NCBI GenBank assembly: GCA_903921405.1
Contig: CAIXPV010000070.1
Span: 1 to 43,848 of the forward strand
DNA length: 43,848 nt
Reading direction: 5' to 3'
Origin: an uncultured Actinomycetes bacterium
GTDB taxonomy: Bacteria; Actinomycetota; Actinomycetes; Nanopelagicales; Nanopelagicaceae
The notes beneath the pieces were generated by a model. It made no database searches and was not told the DNA's origin. It saw only the letters and a program-made list of their open reading frames with translations. Positions 1 to 11,556 of this stretch are shown piece after piece; positions within the stretch are counted from its first letter, which is position 1; the number at the start of each line of letters is the position of its first letter. The translations under genes and the position numbers were made by a program.

Positions 1-433
1 CTATTGCTTGGGCCAGTAATACGCCTGGCGCCAGAGCATCCATAAAGACTGCAAACCGAGCAAGATCAAACTTCTTGCTCAGTGCGCGGTAGCGCCACCA
101 AGCACCAACAGTTCCCAGTGCAATCGCGCCCCAAATTCCAAGCCCACCCTCCCAGATTTTGAAGGCATCGAGTGGATGTCCCCCGCTGCCAAAGTAGGCA
201 TCCGGAGAAGTAATCACATGGTACATGCGCCCACCAATGATTCCGAGTGGAACTGCAGTTATCGCAACTTCAGAGACAATTGAGCGTGAATATGGTGAAG
301 CTGCTTTAAAGCGCCGGTCACCTAACCAGATTGCAAGTGCGATTCCAGAGATGATGCACAAGGCATACATATGAATCGTAAGCGGTCCGATTTCCAAGAC
401 CGAAAAAGTTGGCGATGGAATCGAACGTATCAA
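1..433 (-). CDS. lgt: Prolipoprotein diacylglyceryl transferase (5' part; runs off window)
   Basis: Not in ORF track; manual translation from TTG at 433 gives MIRSIPSPTFSVLEIGPLTIHMYALCII...IIGGRMYHVIT...FKIWEGGLGIWGAIALG, typical Lgt motifs; lgt commonly follows trpA in Actinobacteria. Confidence 0.93.
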   Translation of the reverse strand, partial: MIRSIPSPTFSVLEIGPLTIHMYALCIISGIALAIWLGDRRFKAASPYSRSIVSEVAITAVPLGIIGGRMYHVITSPDAYFGSGGHPLDAFKIWEGGLGIWGAIALGTVGAWWRYRALSKKFDLARFAVFMDALAPGVLLAQAI

Positions 434-436
434 AAT

Positions 437-1156
437 CTATGCAGCCTCTACAGCCAGACGGAACTCGGCAAGATTAAAGTCAGTTGACTTGCGCTCCCAC
501 AATTTTCCATTAATGAATACCGTTGGAGTTCCAGTGACTTTGTAGGTTGTCATTGAATCGTAGTTAGCTTTTACAATATCGAATTTGGTTGCGTTAGTAA
601 CACAATCGGTGAAAGTTTTGGAGTTGAGTCCGATGTAATCACCGATCTTCACCAAATTAGCGTTTGTAAAGAATCCCGAGTTTTCAAGTGCTGGCTGGAC
701 CAAATACACGGCTTTATGGAAATCTAAATAATGACCTTCATCTGCGGCGCAAAATTGGGCGTTTGCAGTTCGAACTGATTCATCACCCAAGAAAGAAAGT
801 ACATGGAAAACTACTGTTGCTTGCTTTGTGCGAACTAATTGATCTAAGTAATCACCGTTGGCCTTTTCAAAACTCCGGCAGACTGGACACTGAGGGTCTT
901 CCCACACATCAATCTGCAGCTTACTTCCAGCGTTGAGAACTAGGCCAGACCCTTGTGCCGGATCAATCGTTCCAGAGATTGGTGCCGCCATTTTATAATC
1001 CTTCAGAGCAGTAAAGGAGGCATTGGCCTTTGTGGATTGACTCATTAATGAGAAGGCAACACCGGTGACAACAACTAGTGCAACCATTCCAATAACTAAC
1101 CAACGCGTAAAATTATCTCCACCTGAAGTTGCTTTGGCCTTAGCTTGCTTTGACAT
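437..1156 (-). CDS. Membrane-anchored DsbA/thioredoxin-fold protein
   Basis: N-terminal TM helix, EDPQCPVC (CxxC) motif, cis-Pro loop GTPTVFING. Confidence 0.88.
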   Translation of the reverse strand: MSKQAKAKATSGGDNFTRWLVIGMVALVVVTGVAFSLMSQSTKANASFTALKDYKMAAPISGTIDPAQGSGLVLNAGSKLQIDVWEDPQCPVCRSFEKANGDYLDQLVRTKQATVVFHVLSFLGDESVRTANAQFCAADEGHYLDFHKAVYLVQPALENSGFFTNANLVKIGDYIGLNSKTFTDCVTNATKFDIVKANYDSMTTYKVTGTPTVFINGKLWERKSTDFNLAEFRLAVEAA

Positions 1157-1653
1157 TACTGCTCCTCATTATTTAGTGATAATTTTTCAATTCCAAACCG
1201 CCCGTATGGGAAAAAGTATAGATAAATAGCGCTTAATGCCAATCCTGCATCCCGCAGAATCTCCAAGAAATATGTTCGGTGAACCGCTGCAGCCTTGGAC
1301 GGGTCTATAGCCCCACCACCACCAAAACAGCCACAATCGATCAATAAACCACGCGCCCATACCGAGATGATGGCAGCGATAAAGAGCACCATGACTATCC
1401 CGCCAGTGATTGCGGCAAAGCGAACAGATACTCCAATAATAAGGAGCAGGCCAATTGCCAGCTCTAGCCACGGCAGCGCGTAGCCAAGAATATGCGCGAT
1501 TTGATTGGGCAAAATCTTGTACGCGGCAACGGCACTTGCCGCATCCGATGGTGAAAACGCTTTTATTGCGCCGGCTACTACAAGAACGCCCCCTAAAATC
1601 AATCGAAAGACGAGGGTGATAAAACCTTGATACCGTGCATTGAAACGACTCAT
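1156..1653 (-). CDS. MauE/DoxX-family membrane protein
   Basis: 4 hydrophobic segments, RLILG..., LPWLEL.IG and DCGCFG motifs typical of MauE family. Confidence 0.85.
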   Translation of the reverse strand: MSRFNARYQGFITLVFRLILGGVLVVAGAIKAFSPSDAASAVAAYKILPNQIAHILGYALPWLELAIGLLLIIGVSVRFAAITGGIVMVLFIAAIISVWARGLLIDCGCFGGGGAIDPSKAAAVHRTYFLEILRDAGLALSAIYLYFFPYGRFGIEKLSLNNEEQ

Positions 1654-2453
1654 CGTCCCTCTCTCACTCCGGCAGCCAGATCTTTAGCTAAAGCCGATAC
1701 TGCGTCCAGGCCTTTTTGCTCACTCTCTGCATTCAACAAAAGCTTGATGAAAGCTGAGCCAACGATGACGCCATCTGCGTACCCGGCAACTTCGCGCGCT
1801 TGTTCGCGCGTTGATACTCCTAGACCAACTGACACCGGCAACTGTGATGTTGAACGGATACGAGAGACTAAGTCTCGTGCATCAACTGAGATTGAACTCC
1901 TCGCACCAGTTACGCCCATAACGCTAGCGGCATAAACAAAACCACCCGTCTTGGCAGTTACTTGTGCAATGCGCTCACTGCTGCTGCTTGGAGCGACGAC
2001 ATATATAGGGTTAATTGCATACTTCTTAGTTGCCTCTAACCACTGCTTTGACTCTTCAATTGGCAAATCTGGAGTAATAACACCTGAGCCGCCGTTATCG
2101 GCAATAGCTTGTGCAAATTTTTCAACGCCAAATTTTTCAATTGGGTTCCAATATGTCATTACAACGCAGGCAACTCCACATTCGCTGGCAGTTTTCAGCG
2201 CAGCAAAAACATCGTGTGCATTAGTTCCCGCTTTAAGTGAAATATCGGCAGCCTCTTGAATTGTTGGTCCATCCATAACTGGATCGCTATAAGGAAAACC
2301 AATCTCAATTGCATCTACTCCTGCTGCTGCAAGTGCTTTGATAGCTTTGTTGCAGCCATCAATAGTTGGAAAACCGGCTGGAATATAAGCAATGAGCGCC
2401 GCACGATTTTCGGCCTTGGTCTTTGCAAATAGTTGTTCCAGCGACGTACTCAT
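1650..2453 (-). CDS. trpA: Tryptophan synthase alpha chain
   Basis: [33 protein letters not shown] motifs. Confidence 0.98.
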   Translation of the reverse strand: MSTSLEQLFAKTKAENRAALIAYIPAGFPTIDGCNKAIKALAAAGVDAIEIGFPYSDPVMDGPTIQEAADISLKAGTNAHDVFAALKTASECGVACVVMTYWNPIEKFGVEKFAQAIADNGGSGVITPDLPIEESKQWLEATKKYAINPIYVVAPSSSSERIAQVTAKTGGFVYAASVMGVTGARSSISVDARDLVSRIRSTSQLPVSVGLGVSTREQAREVAGYADGVIVGSAFIKLLLNAESEQKGLDAVSALAKDLAAGVREGR

Positions 2454-3646
2454 AGCGGGATCCCAAAATACTCTGCAGCAGTTTGAACATCTTTATCCCC
2501 GCGTCCAGACAAGTTGATTAAGAGTGTGGCATCCGGACCAACTTCTTTACCAATAATCATTGCTCCTGCTAGAGCGTGTGCCGATTCAATTGCCGGGATT
2601 ATTCCTTCGGTTTTACATAGTAGAGCGAAGGCTTCCATAGCTTGATCATCATTTATTGCTCGATATTCGGCACGGCCGATGTCATGAAGGTAGGCATGTT
2701 CTGGGCCAACACCTGGATAATCTAAGCCGGCCGAGATTGAATGCGATTCAATTGTCTGACCATTTGCATCCTGTAAGACATAAGAGCGAGTTCCATGTAA
2801 TACACCGGGTGAGCCACCAGTAATAGTTGCAGCGTGACGGCCAGTTTCAACTCCATCGCCGCCTGCTTCAAAACCGATGAGCCGTACGTCGGAATCTGGA
2901 ATAAAGGCATGGAAAATTCCAATTGCATTTGAACCGCCGCCGATACATGCAAGAACAGCATCTGGCAGTTTTCCAGTCAGCGCTAAGACTTGTTGGCGTG
3001 CTTCTTCCCCGATGATCTTATGAAAATCACGAACCATACTTGGAAAAGGATGTGGTCCGGCAACGGTTCCTAATAAGTAGTGAGTGTCGGCAACATTTGT
3101 CACCCAATCACGCATAGCTTCGTTGATGGCATCTTTTAATGTACGAGATCCAGATGTCACGGGAACTACTTCGGCGCCTAATAACTTCATACGGGCAACA
3201 TTGAGTGATTGTCTGCGCGTATCTTCTTCACCCATATAAACAACGCATTCAAGACCCATGAGCGCTGCAGCAGTTGCTGCTGCCACACCGTGCTGACCTG
3301 CACCGGTTTCAGCGATGATTCGCTTCTTACCCATTCGCTTAGTTAAAAGCGCTTGACCTAAAACGTTGTTGATTTTATGACTGCCCGTGTGATTGAGATC
3401 TTCACGTTTGAGTATTATTCGTGCACCGCCAGCATGCTCGGCAAAACGTGGCACCTCTGTAATGATGCTTGGACGACCCGTATATGTTCGATGCAGTTCG
3501 GCTAGCTGGGCTAGAAAAACAGGATCTTTTTGCGAACTAATGTGAGCATCTTCTAGCTCATTGAGCGCACCAATGAGGGCTTCAGGTACAAAGCGACCAC
3601 CATATTCTCCAAAGTGGCCATCAAAGTCATTGGTCTGGGTGCTCAT
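2450..3646 (-). CDS. trpB: Tryptophan synthase beta chain
   Basis: [16 protein letters not shown] (PLP lysine), [30 protein letters not shown]. Confidence 0.99.
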   Translation of the reverse strand: MSTQTNDFDGHFGEYGGRFVPEALIGALNELEDAHISSQKDPVFLAQLAELHRTYTGRPSIITEVPRFAEHAGGARIILKREDLNHTGSHKINNVLGQALLTKRMGKKRIIAETGAGQHGVAAATAAALMGLECVVYMGEEDTRRQSLNVARMKLLGAEVVPVTSGSRTLKDAINEAMRDWVTNVADTHYLLGTVAGPHPFPSMVRDFHKIIGEEARQQVLALTGKLPDAVLACIGGGSNAIGIFHAFIPDSDVRLIGFEAGGDGVETGRHAATITGGSPGVLHGTRSYVLQDANGQTIESHSISAGLDYPGVGPEHAYLHDIGRAEYRAINDDQAMEAFALLCKTEGIIPAIESAHALAGAMIIGKEVGPDATLLINLSGRGDKDVQTAAEYFGIPL

Positions 3647-4428
3647 TGTTCAAGCCTATCTAGCCCAAGAAGTTCGCGCACGGCAGTAGCTGGGTCAACT
3701 GCTCGGACCAAGGCCTCCCCCACAAGAATTGCAGTGGCGCCATTGTTTTGCGCAAAATCAACATCCTTGCGATGTGAAATTCCAGACTCAGCCACCCTTA
3801 CCAAGGTATGAGGAATCCGCGGAATTAACTCTGCAAAAGCGCTGGTATCGACATCTAACGTCTTTAAATTTCGTGAGTTAACTCCGATTATTTCTGGCGA
3901 GATTTCCAAAGCACGCTCAAGTTCATCATGTGTATGAACTTCAACAAGTGCGCGCATGCCGAGTTCGCTTGCTAATTGCAAATAGTCATTCAGTTGGTTT
4001 TTACCCAGTGCTGCAACTATTAGTAAGACTACGTCTGCTTCATGAGCGCGTGCTTCAAAAAATTGATACTCATCAATCATAAAATCCTTGCGCAAAATTG
4101 GAATATCTACACGAGAGCGAACCGCATCAAGATCTTCTAGAGACCCGCCAAAACGTCGGCGCTCCGTGAGTACGCTGATCATCGTTGCGCCAGCCTGTGC
4201 ATATTGTTCGGCCAAGGCCGCTGGATCTGCAATGGTCGCTAATGAACCCTTGCTAGGTGAAGATCTCTTAACTTCTGCGATAAGTGACATGTTCGATGAA
4301 AGCATTGTTGGCAAAGGGTCACGTACCGCCGAGGCACGATCAATTGCCTCTTGAATTTGTGCAAGAGGTTTGCGTCGTGACGCTAAATCTTCGCGGACAC
4401 CTTCGATGATGGAATCAAGAACGCTCAT
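3643..4428 (-). CDS. trpC: Indole-3-glycerol phosphate synthase (start re-called to ATG 4428)
   Basis: [30 protein letters not shown] motifs; GGAGG lies 6 nt before ATG 4428 (MSVLDSII). Confidence 0.97.
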   Translation of the reverse strand: MSVLDSIIEGVREDLASRRKPLAQIQEAIDRASAVRDPLPTMLSSNMSLIAEVKRSSPSKGSLATIADPAALAEQYAQAGATMISVLTERRRFGGSLEDLDAVRSRVDIPILRKDFMIDEYQFFEARAHEADVVLLIVAALGKNQLNDYLQLASELGMRALVEVHTHDELERALEISPEIIGVNSRNLKTLDVDTSAFAELIPRIPHTLVRVAESGISHRKDVDFAQNNGATAILVGEALVRAVDPATAVRELLGLDRLEQ

Positions 4429-4597
4429 GATCGGCCTCCGTACTTGGATCAAGACCTTGATCTTGCGCACTCCATGTATTGAGGGTTTTTGTACCTCGCT
4501 CATACTTTGATGAGATGCGAAACCTTTTACCGAGAACTACAACAAGAACATACACCGCGCCAACACTGATTCCGATTGCTAAAGATTGATCCATCAA
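4415..4597 (-). CDS. Small membrane protein resembling the C-terminus of the actinobacterial trp-region membrane protein (Trp_oprn_chp/TIGR02234-like)
   Basis: Fills trpE-trpC gap with overlaps at both ends; one TM helix then SKYER...WSAQDQGLDPS. Confidence 0.65.
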   Translation of the reverse strand: MMDQSLAIGISVGAVYVLVVVLGKRFRISSKYERGTKTLNTWSAQDQGLDPSTEADHERS

Positions 4598-6078
4598 CTC
4601 TTGCGCAATCTATTAGCGGCATCGACTGCGCTCAAAACCGCTGCAGCTTTATTGTGACACTCTTGGTTTTCAGACTCTGGGTCAGAGTCGGCCACAACAC
4701 CTGCGCCAGCTTGCACATAAGCCGTACCGTCATGGATCAGTGCAGTACGTATGGCTATGCATGTATCGATATTTCCCGTGAAATCTATATATCCAACTAT
4801 TCCGCCATAGAGACCTCTGCGCGTTGGCTCTAGTCGTTCAATAATCTCCATGGCACGGGGCTTAGGTGCACCGGATAAAGTTCCGGCAGGAAATACTGAA
4901 AACAAAGCATCAATCGGTGTTGACGTTTCGGCGAGCTGTCCCGTAACCGTTGAAACAATATGCATTACATGTGAATAGCGTTCGATATGCATGAAATCAA
5001 TTACTTCAACACTGCCTGGTTTACATACTCTGCCTATGTCATTGCGACCTAGGTCTACGAGCATGAGATGTTCTGCACGCTCTTTCGGATCAGCAAGTAG
5101 CTCTTCACCTAAACGGTGGTCCTCTTCAGGTGATTCAGATCGTTTTCTAGTTCCTGCAATTGGGTGAATCATCACTTCTTGGCCACTAATTTTTACGAGA
5201 GCTTCTGGGCTAGATCCAACTACTTCGATTCCATCGTTAAAGCGAAACAAATACATGTAAGGGCTGGGATTATTGAGTCGAAGCATTCGGTAGACATCTA
5301 GTGCATCGGCCGAACATGGCATTGAGAATCGTTGCGAAAGCACGATTTGAAAAGCCTCACCAGCCAGGATCTCCTCTTTTGCTGCTAAAACTTTCTCTTT
5401 AAAACTTTCAGAGCTCATATTTGAATGAAACTCAGGTTTAGCATGGGTATCTATCAGTGCAACATCACCAGAGAGCGCCGAATTCAAATCTGCCTGCATA
5501 CGATCCAAACGCTCGTTACATGATTCAAATGCTTCATCGATTCGGTCATCGCTGCCATCCCAGTTAATTGCATTAGCAATTAAGGTGATCGTTCCATCGC
5601 TGTGATCTAACACGGCCAAATCACTAGTTAGCATAAAGCTCAATTCTGGCAACGGCAGATCTTTAGTCGACAGCTCTGGTAGTTTTTCTAATCGGCGAAC
5701 AACGTCGTAGCCCATAAAGCCTACGAGTCCACCAGTGAGCGGCGGTAGTCCAGCAATCTTCGGAGACGTTAAATGCTGCGCTGATAATCGAAGTGCGACT
5801 AATGGATCGATTCCAGTTGGTGCACCAGCGGGCGCTACTCCCTGCCAATAAGCCAGACCATTGGACTCGCTTAACGTTGCCTCACTACGGACTCCAATAA
5901 ATGAGTATCTCGACCAAGCTCCCCCATGTTCGGCCGACTCTAAAAGAAATGTGTTGGGAGCATCTTTAGCTAGTTTTCTATAAACACCTAAGGGAGTTTC
6001 TCCATCTGCTAATAAGCGACGTGATACTGGAATTACATTTGAAATCTTTGCATATGCGCGAAACTCATTTAAATTCAT
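4594..6078 (-). CDS. trpE: Anthranilate synthase component I (start re-called to ATG 6078)
   Basis: [45 protein letters not shown]; ATGA overlap with hisI stop. Confidence 0.97.
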   Translation of the reverse strand: MNLNEFRAYAKISNVIPVSRRLLADGETPLGVYRKLAKDAPNTFLLESAEHGGAWSRYSFIGVRSEATLSESNGLAYWQGVAPAGAPTGIDPLVALRLSAQHLTSPKIAGLPPLTGGLVGFMGYDVVRRLEKLPELSTKDLPLPELSFMLTSDLAVLDHSDGTITLIANAINWDGSDDRIDEAFESCNERLDRMQADLNSALSGDVALIDTHAKPEFHSNMSSESFKEKVLAAKEEILAGEAFQIVLSQRFSMPCSADALDVYRMLRLNNPSPYMYLFRFNDGIEVVGSSPEALVKISGQEVMIHPIAGTRKRSESPEEDHRLGEELLADPKERAEHLMLVDLGRNDIGRVCKPGSVEVIDFMHIERYSHVMHIVSTVTGQLAETSTPIDALFSVFPAGTLSGAPKPRAMEIIERLEPTRRGLYGGIVGYIDFTGNIDTCIAIRTALIHDGTAYVQAGAGVVADSDPESENQECHNKAAAVLSAVDAANRLRKS

Positions 6079-6413
6079 AGTGCGTCCAAGGGAGTATGGA
6101 AACATGTTGTGTTTCCAGTATGGCAGGCAACCCCGATTTGTTTCACAATGATCAGCAGAGCATCACCGTCACAATCAAGTGCAACTGATTGCACTTCTTG
6201 AAAGTGTCCAGATGTTGCGCCTTTAATCCATAATTCATTTCGGCTTCTGCTCCAGTACGTTGCCTTGCCTGTTTCAAGTGTCAACGCAAGTGCAACAGTG
6301 TTCATGTAGGCAAGCATCAAAACGTCGCGGCTGGTCACATCTTGCACAATTGCAGGAATCAGTACGCCAGAATCCTTCAGAAGGGATTCGATAGCAGGAT
6401 CTAAAGGCGCCAT
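6075..6413 (-). CDS. hisI: Phosphoribosyl-AMP cyclohydrolase
   Basis: YWSRSR.ELW.KGATSG, DCDGD, ACHTG...CF motifs; stand-alone, not fused to HisE. Confidence 0.97.
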   Translation of the reverse strand: MAPLDPAIESLLKDSGVLIPAIVQDVTSRDVLMLAYMNTVALALTLETGKATYWSRSRNELWIKGATSGHFQEVQSVALDCDGDALLIIVKQIGVACHTGNTTCFHTPLDAL

Positions 6414-6427
6414 GGCTTAATTCTGCC

Positions 6428-7201
6428 TTACCCGATGGTGTTAGTGCGCACGGGATAGTTGTGCTTTGCCAGATATGACTTTACATCGCCAATACGGTGG
6501 ATTCCGAAGTGAAAGACGCTGGCTGCCAACAATGCATCGGCTCCAGCATCGAGAGCGGCAGCAAAATCCTCCAACGCCCCTGCCCCACCACTTGCAATTA
6601 ATGGGACACCTGCAACTGCCCGAACAGCTGTGATCATTGAAATGTCATAACCGGCTCGAGTGCCATCGGCATCCATGGAGTTAAGAAGAATCTCACCAAC
6701 ACCTAAAGCACAGGCTTGTTCAACCCACGCCAATGCATCAATATCTGTGCCCTCGCGGCCTCCATGCGTTGTGACTTCAAAACCCGAAGCAGTACGAGCC
6801 CTACGTGCGTCAACGGAGAGAACTAAAACTTGCGAACCAAAACGGTCTGCGATTTCGGCGATCAATTGTGGCCGTGCAATTGCAGATGTATTGATCGAAA
6901 CCTTGTCGGCACCCGCGCGCAATAGGCGATCTACATCGTCGACGCTACGAATTCCACCGCCCACAGTCAAAGGAATAAAAACCTGTTCAGCCGTGCGCCG
7001 AACAACATCCAACGTAGTCTCGCGTCCTGCACTACTTGCTGAGATATCTAAAAATGTTAGTTCATCGGCGCCTTCAATCCCATATAGCGCGGCCATCTCT
7101 ACTGGGTCTCCAGCATCGACAAGGTTAGTGAAGTTAACTCCCTTTACTACTCGGCCCTCGGTCACATCAAGACAGGGAATTATGCGGACAGAAAGAGTCA
7201 T
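6428..7201 (-). CDS. hisF: Imidazole glycerol phosphate synthase cyclase subunit
   Basis: [38 protein letters not shown]. Confidence 0.98.
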   Translation of the reverse strand: MTLSVRIIPCLDVTEGRVVKGVNFTNLVDAGDPVEMAALYGIEGADELTFLDISASSAGRETTLDVVRRTAEQVFIPLTVGGGIRSVDDVDRLLRAGADKVSINTSAIARPQLIAEIADRFGSQVLVLSVDARRARTASGFEVTTHGGREGTDIDALAWVEQACALGVGEILLNSMDADGTRAGYDISMITAVRAVAGVPLIASGGAGALEDFAAALDAGADALLAASVFHFGIHRIGDVKSYLAKHNYPVRTNTIG

Positions 7202-7923
7202 GCCGATGCAATCGCTAAAGCTTCTTGAAGAGTAAATGCACCGGCATATAAAGCTTTTCCAACAATTGCACCTTCTATACCTAATGTGCGAATTGCCGCA
7301 AGGGCCGCTATGTCTTCAAGGGAGGAAATTCCACCACTTGCAATCACTGGTTTAGTGGTTGCTGCACTTACTTGGCGCAAGAGTTCAATATTTGGGCCCT
7401 GCAAAGTTCCATCTTTCGTTACATCTGTTACCACGTACCGTGCACACCCATCCCTATCTAGGCGTTCAATAGTTTCAAAGAGTTCGCCACCTTCTTCCGT
7501 CCAACCACGCGCTGCCAATGTATGCCCTCGTACATCTAATCCAACGGCGATCAAATCTCCATATTCGGCAATAACGTGCGCTGTCCACTGTGGGTTTTCC
7601 AGCGCTGCTGTACCTAAGTTAATCCGGCGACACCCAGTCGCAATTGCGCGTTGTAGAGATTCATCATCTCGAATTCCACCAGATAGTTCGACTTTAATAT
7701 CTAGTTTTCCAACAACTTCAGCCAATAACTGCGCATTATCGCCACGACCAAAAGCTGCATCTAGATCAACTAAGTGGATCCATTCAGCACCAGCGGCTTG
7801 AAACTCTAAGGCAACATCAAGTGGTGATCCATAGATGCTCTCCTTGGATAATTCGCCTTGCACCAAGCGAACCGCGCGAGCATCCTTAACATCAACTGCC
7901 GGCAATAGTTCTAAATAGTTCAC
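7198..7923 (-). CDS. priA: Phosphoribosyl isomerase A (HisA, probably bifunctional HisA/TrpF)
   Basis: [40 protein letters not shown]; no separate trpF in the adjacent trp cluster. Confidence 0.92.
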   Translation of the reverse strand: MNYLELLPAVDVKDARAVRLVQGELSKESIYGSPLDVALEFQAAGAEWIHLVDLDAAFGRGDNAQLLAEVVGKLDIKVELSGGIRDDESLQRAIATGCRRINLGTAALENPQWTAHVIAEYGDLIAVGLDVRGHTLAARGWTEEGGELFETIERLDRDGCARYVVTDVTKDGTLQGPNIELLRQVSAATTKPVIASGGISSLEDIAALAAIRTLGIEGAIVGKALYAGAFTLQEALAIASA

Positions 7924-8522
7924 AGGGAATTACTCCAATTCTTTATTAAGGCTAAGCCAGCTGCACCGGATTTCTCAGGATGAAACTGAGTTGCACTGAC
8001 GTAACCATCTTCGACTCCTGATAAAAATCTTTCTCCGTAAGTTGTCCACGTCTGGTGAACTCCAACACTCTTTTTAGCTGCAAAAGAGTGCACAAAGTAA
8101 AAGGCTTGATCTTCAATACCCTTGAAAAGTGATGACCCTGGTGCTGCATCTACCGTATTCCAACCCATGTGAGGAAGTATTGGTGCAGAGATCTTTGAAA
8201 CTACTGCATCCCAGACTCCTACCCCGCTATGTGGAACACCATCTGAATGTTCATCACCGTGTGAAAACAAAATCTGCATTCCGATACAAATACCAAGCAC
8301 TGATCGCTCGCTTAAGACACGCTTTCGAATAATCTCTGAACCATCAATGGCATCCAGGCCCTTCATACATGCAGCAAATGCGCCCACACCGGGAACAACA
8401 AGACCGTCGGCTTCAAATGCAATCCGTGCATCTGATGTAACAACTACATCGTGACCAGATGTTGCAAATGCTCGCTCGGCAGAGCGCAAGTTTCCCGATC
8501 CGTAGTCAAGTATTGCGATCAA
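7920..8522 (-). CDS. hisH: Imidazole glycerol phosphate synthase glutaminase subunit
   Basis: [41 protein letters not shown]. Confidence 0.98.
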   Translation of the reverse strand: MIAILDYGSGNLRSAERAFATSGHDVVVTSDARIAFEADGLVVPGVGAFAACMKGLDAIDGSEIIRKRVLSERSVLGICIGMQILFSHGDEHSDGVPHSGVGVWDAVVSKISAPILPHMGWNTVDAAPGSSLFKGIEDQAFYFVHSFAAKKSVGVHQTWTTYGERFLSGVEDGYVSATQFHPEKSGAAGLALIKNWSNSL

Positions 8523-9112
8523 AGAGAGCCCTTAGTCGAAGGGATCCCCGCAACTCGTCCATCCAATGACACTGCATCGCGAAGTGCGCGTGCTACCGCT
8601 TTGAACTGTGCCTCAAATACATGATGGGCATTTCTGCCTTCGAGAACTCTGATGTGCAGTGCAATATGGGCTTCGGCAACAATTGATTCCCAGATATGTT
8701 TGCCAAGTGTTGTATCGAAAGTTCCAATGAGTTCAACAATCTCTGGTTGGCGATGAACTAAATATGGTCGACCAGATAAATCTACTGCGGCCTGCACCAA
8801 AACTTCATCTAACGGAACCATTGAATCGCCAAATCGACGAATGCCAGCCTTATCCCCAAGTGCTTCGCGAAGTGCTTGGCCAAATGCCAATGATGTGTCT
8901 TCAACGCTGTGATGAGAATCAACATCAATATCTCCAGTTGTCTTGACGGTTAAATCAAAACCTGAGTGCTTACCAAGTTGAGACATCATGTGATCAAAGA
9001 ATGGAACACCTGTGCTGACATCGATGACACCTTGTCCATCAAGATTGAGTTGGACTAAGACATGTGATTCTTTGGTCTCTCGTTCAATGCGTGCGATTCT
9101 CATGGTGCTCAC
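8519..9112 (-). CDS. hisB: Imidazoleglycerol-phosphate dehydratase
   Basis: TGVPFFDHM, DSHHSVED, NAHHVFEAQFKA, PSTKGSL. Confidence 0.98.
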   Translation of the reverse strand: MSTMRIARIERETKESHVLVQLNLDGQGVIDVSTGVPFFDHMMSQLGKHSGFDLTVKTTGDIDVDSHHSVEDTSLAFGQALREALGDKAGIRRFGDSMVPLDEVLVQAAVDLSGRPYLVHRQPEIVELIGTFDTTLGKHIWESIVAEAHIALHIRVLEGRNAHHVFEAQFKAVARALRDAVSLDGRVAGIPSTKGSL

Positions 9113-9115
9113 TTT

Positions 9116-10201
9116 CTATAACAGTTGGGCTAAGGCGTCAATAAATCGTTGATTGTCGGCCTCATTGCCGATTGTTACGCGAAGATATCCCGATAATCCC
9201 ACATCTCTAATCAGAACACCCTTTTCTAGAAGACTGGCCCACAATTGTGGCGCGCTTGCACTAAATCCGGTGAAGAGAATGAAGTTGGCGCTGCTTGGCA
9301 GCGTACGTAAGCCAAGGCCGCGCAGAGATAGTTCCATTGCTTCCCGAGCTGCAACCAGAGATGTAACTCCGGCAAGCAACTCGCTTCGGTGGTCTAAAGC
9401 GACCTCGGCTGCAGCTTGGGTTAATGCACTTAAATGATAAGGAAGGCGAACGAGCATCATGGAATCTACAACTTTTGCATCGGCAACTAAATAACCCAAA
9501 CGTGCTCCAGCAAAGGCAAAGGCCTTACTCATTGTACGAATCACTATGACATGGGGATGTTGCGCAATTAAAGTAACCGCTGATATCTCCTGCGAGAATT
9601 CAGCATAGGCCTCGTCAACTATAAGCAGACCGCCATGTTCGGCGACAACACCAGCTAGAGCAGTTATCTCCTGAATAGAGATGGCATCGCCAGTTGGATT
9701 ATTGGGAGTTGTAATAAAGGTTAGGGTCGGTTTAAGTTCGCGAACAGCGGCGATGGCTAAGTCGATATTGAAAGTGAAGTCGGGATTTCTTTGGCCGTTT
9801 GTCCAATTGGTATCCGTAACTTGAGCAATCAATGAGTGCATCGAATACGAAGGAGTGAAGCCGATAGCATCGCCGTCTCCAAATGCTAAAAAGAGAGATT
9901 GGATGATCTCATTACTACCATTTGCTGCCCAGATATTCTTAACTTCAATGTGTACATTCGAAGATTCACTTATATAGGTAGCAAGTTTAGTGCGCAGGAC
10001 TAAGGCATCTCGGTCTGGGTAGCGATTCAAAGTCGATGCAACGAGTGCAACTGATTGAGTAATGGCCTCTTGCAATGCTTGTGAAGGTGAGTATGGATTT
10101 TCATTCGTGTTGAGTGCGGCTTGAGCCGCAAGTTGGGGTGCACCATAAACAGTCATTGACTGTAAATCTTTGCGCAATGGCAGCCAGATTGGCCAGCTCA
10201 T
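9116..10201 (-). CDS. hisC: Histidinol-phosphate aminotransferase
   Basis: [45 protein letters not shown]. Confidence 0.97.
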   Translation of the reverse strand: MSWPIWLPLRKDLQSMTVYGAPQLAAQAALNTNENPYSPSQALQEAITQSVALVASTLNRYPDRDALVLRTKLATYISESSNVHIEVKNIWAANGSNEIIQSLFLAFGDGDAIGFTPSYSMHSLIAQVTDTNWTNGQRNPDFTFNIDLAIAAVRELKPTLTFITTPNNPTGDAISIQEITALAGVVAEHGGLLIVDEAYAEFSQEISAVTLIAQHPHVIVIRTMSKAFAFAGARLGYLVADAKVVDSMMLVRLPYHLSALTQAAAEVALDHRSELLAGVTSLVAAREAMELSLRGLGLRTLPSSANFILFTGFSASAPQLWASLLEKGVLIRDVGLSGYLRVTIGNEADNQRFIDALAQLL

Positions 10202-11508
10202 TCTGAGGCCTCTAATCGCACAAGCATCGCTTCTCCATGAGCTGGAAGATCTTCTGAGTTAGCAAGCGTGACTACCGTTGGAACTAAATCGGCGAAAGCG
10301 CTTTCTGCGTATTCAATAAAATGTAGTCCGCGTAGAAAACTCTGCACCGATAAACCACTGGAGTGACAGGCGCATCCTCCCGTTGGTAGGACATGGTTGG
10401 AACCGGCGGAATAGTCTCCTAAAGAAACGGGTGAAAACCGCCCCACAAAAACTGCACCTGCGTTGCGAATTTTCAAAGCGTCTTTACGAGCATTGGCGGT
10501 TTGAATCTCTAAGTGTTCGGCGGCATATGCGTTAACAACATCCAAGCCTTGTGCAATTGAATCGACTAACACTATTGCCGATTGCACGCCGCTGAGAGCT
10601 TCACGTATTCGATCTGCATGTTTTGTAGCAGGTACACGCACTCTTAGCTGGACCATAACTGCATCGGCAAGCTCTTCGCTATCGGTTACCAAAACAGCTG
10701 CCGCTATTACATCGTGTTCGGCTTGGCTAATTAAATCCGCTGCTATATCGGCAGGTAGCGCGCTTTTATCTGCCAAGATGGCAATCTCGGTTGGCCCTGC
10801 CTCTGAATCAATTCCAATCACGCCGCGCAGTGCACGCTTTGCTGCCGCCACATAGATATTTCCAGGACCAGTTACTAAATCGCACTTTTCGCATAGTCCA
10901 TCCATGCCATATGCAAAGAGTGCAATAGCTTGCGCCCCACCCACTGCATAAACCTCGGTGATACCAAGAAGTGCGCAGGTCGCCAAAATTGTTGGATGCG
11001 GAAATCCCGCAAACTCTCTTTGAGGAGGAGATGCAACTGCAATGGACTGTACCTGTGCAATTTGTGCAGGGATAACATTCATCATCACGCTGCTTGGATA
11101 AACGGCGCGACCTCCTGGAACATATAAACCAACACGGTCAACTGGAATCCACTTTTCTGTAACAGTTCCGCCATCTACGACTGTTGTAGTTTTCTCTGAT
11201 CGAATTTGATCTGTATGTACTGTACGAACGCGCTCGATAGAGGTCTCTAAGGCCTTACGAACCTTGGGATCTAGCTCTTTGAGCGCCTTATCTAGCGCCT
11301 GTTGCGGAACCCGAATCGTCTCAGGCCGAACTCCATCAAACTCTTCGGCAAGAGCGATTAAGTCAGCTTCATTTCCAGTTTTTACGCGGTGCAAAATCGG
11401 CTCTATAAGGACCATGGCTTCTGCCACATTTAGAGTGGCCCGAGGAAGTTCTCTGTTGTATTCACTCTTTGACAGAGCACGACCGCGTAGGTCAACGGTA
11501 CGAATCAT
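10198..11508 (-). CDS. hisD: Histidinol dehydrogenase
   Basis: [43 protein letters not shown]. Confidence 0.98.
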   Translation of the reverse strand: MIRTVDLRGRALSKSEYNRELPRATLNVAEAMVLIEPILHRVKTGNEADLIALAEEFDGVRPETIRVPQQALDKALKELDPKVRKALETSIERVRTVHTDQIRSEKTTTVVDGGTVTEKWIPVDRVGLYVPGGRAVYPSSVMMNVIPAQIAQVQSIAVASPPQREFAGFPHPTILATCALLGITEVYAVGGAQAIALFAYGMDGLCEKCDLVTGPGNIYVAAAKRALRGVIGIDSEAGPTEIAILADKSALPADIAADLISQAEHDVIAAAVLVTDSEELADAVMVQLRVRVPATKHADRIREALSGVQSAIVLVDSIAQGLDVVNAYAAEHLEIQTANARKDALKIRNAGAVFVGRFSPVSLGDYSAGSNHVLPTGGCACHSSGLSVQSFLRGLHFIEYAESAFADLVPTVVTLANSEDLPAHGEAMLVRLEASE

Positions 11509-11514
11509 TGTCCA

Positions 11515-11520
11515 ATTGTA
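11515..11520 (-). promoter_or_regulatory. Putative -10 element (TACAAT) for a leaderless hisD transcript
   Basis: TACAAT-N6-ATG; no Shine-Dalgarno before hisD. Confidence 0.65.
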
Positions 11521-11556
11521 ACTGTAGTCAGAGCTTTCCCGGAGCGTAGTTATTGC

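Noticed and set aside
6660-7801. Long + strand ORFs (191 and 171 aa) opposite hisF/priA, and similar short ORFs throughout
   Set aside because: Fully antisense or out of frame to conserved genes, Ser/Arg-rich shadow composition, no motifs or RBS
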